Source of the DNA: an uncultured Nitrososphaerales archaeon
GTDB lineage: Archaea; Thermoproteota; Nitrososphaeria; Nitrososphaerales; Nitrososphaeraceae
DNA length: 64,000 nucleotides
Assembly: GCA_963841565.1 (NCBI GenBank)
Contig: CAWJCY010000007.1
Location: 32,001 to 96,000, forward strand
Direction of reading: 5' to 3'
The notes below the pieces were generated by a model. That model searched no databases. It worked only from the letters and a program-made list of their open reading frames with translations, and was not told where the DNA came from. This document shows positions 62,679 through 64,000 of the stretch, one piece after another. The position numbers and the translations under genes are program-made. Position 1 is the stretch's first letter. Each line of letters starts with the position of its first letter.

Positions 62679-64000
62679 TTACTCTCTTCTTCCAATCAGA
62701 TTTGAACGTGAGAAGACCCTTTCTACATCTTCAGCCTTCATTAAGCCTTCTTCTACTACTATGTCCTTCACATTTCTGTTTGTTTCCAATGCCTTCTTGT
62801 ATATTTCGGATGCCTTTACATAACCTATGTAAGGGTTTAGAACAGTCACGAGTACCGGGCTTCTATATACATACCTAGAAAGCTTATCTACATTCGCTTG
62901 AATGCCCTCGATTAAATTGGCTGTGAATACTGGTAGAAAATTCCTGAGCATATCCATAGAATCTAAAACCCATTTCAACATTCCTGGCAGCATAACATTC
63001 AACTCAAACTGACCTGCTTGCGACGCCATCGTTACCGCCAAATCATTTCCAATAACATTAAAGCAAATCATGTTAAGACACTCGGCCAAAGACGGGTTAA
63101 TCTTACCTGGCATAATTGAAGAACCTGCATGTACTGCAGGGATCACTATTTCAGCGAATCCCGCTGTAGGTCCAGACGCCATAAGCCTCAAATCATTCGC
63201 TAGCTTGATTAGTTCTACCGCGAGGTTTCTGATTGACGAAGAATAACATGTAACGTCAAATCGACTCTGGAGTGCAAAGTAAAGGTTTTCAGATGATATT
63301 ATGTTTAGCCGAGATATCCCCCTAAGATGGCGAATTGCTACTTCTCGGTATCCGGCCGGCGAATTCAGCTCCACTACCCACTGCCGTACCTCCTAAGGCA
63401 ACAGCATACAGGTTTTCTGATGCTTGCACTATTTTCTGCCTTGCAATTTCAATCGAAGAATAATATCCGCTAAATTCATCCCCTAGTGTGATGGGGAGTG
63501 CATCCATCAAGTGGGTTCTCCCAATTTTCATAATATCTTCAAATTCTACACTCTTGTTTTTCAGAGACTTGATTAACAGATCAATGGCCTGCAAGAAACT
63601 ATTTAGACCAAGTAATATCGACAGATGCATTGCTGTGGGGAATGTATCGTTACTTGATTGAGACATGTTCACATGATCGTTAGGGTTGATAATCTCATAC
63701 TTCCCTCTGTCCTCGCCAATTGTTTCTAGAGCAACATTTGCGATTACCTCGTTAACGTTCATGTTAAAAGCTGTTCCAGCACCTGAATTAATTGGCTCAA
63801 TGATGATCTGATCAAAGAACTCGCCTGAAAGTAATTTATCGCAAGCCTTTACGATTGCGTTGGAAATTTCCTCAGGAAGAACTCCCAGTTCGCGATTGGA
63901 CAAAGCCGCACACTTTTTGATCATAAAGTATGCTCTAATTAAATCCGGGTGTGATCTTTGCCCTGTAATATTATACTGATTGCTGGCTCTTACAGTAAAG
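62679..64000 (-). CDS. Aspartase / class II fumarase family lyase (5' end off window); apparent frameshift at ~63366
   Basis: NMNVNEVIAN, PNDHVNMSQSSND, KIGRTHLMDA, GSSIMPGKINP. Confidence 0.93.

Noticed and set aside
14883-63374. Split genes as pseudogenes or programmed frameshifts
   Set aside because: Essential genes, isolated +1 insertions, no slippery sites; best explained by sequencing error
174-63374. Many antisense or nested ORFs in the track (e.g. 174-407, 14380-14874, 17443-17991, 40112-40648)
   Set aside because: Shadows of well-supported genes, with no motifs of their own

Overview
Core-genome segment of an ammonia-oxidising archaeon (Nitrososphaerota/Thaumarchaeota, probably Nitrososphaerales). 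The assignment rests on a type IB topoisomerase, an ADP-forming 3-hydroxypropionyl-CoA ligase, cofGH and typical AOA hypothetical proteins. The window holds translation/transcription genes (uL16, eL21, Rpo4, KsgA, TrpRS, PheRS, KEOPS, Taw1, YchF), a tetrapyrrole operon, sufBD, flavin/CoA enzymes, gdhA, a kinase plus receiver, three tRNAs (Glu-CTC with a T-loop intron, Met-CAT, His-GTG with an intron) and a repeat-rich secreted protein. No CRISPR array or mobile element is evident. Eleven genes are broken by single-base insertions that look like sequencing errors. The best leads are an orphan YcaO-TfuA thioamidation pair in a non-methanogen, a candidate H/ACA guide RNA just upstream of it, a candidate C/D box sRNA whose guide matches the D-loop of the neighbouring tRNA-Glu, a catalytically stripped PurF homologue, and a Zfx-type ferredoxin that has lost its zinc ligands but gained an N-terminal zinc finger.
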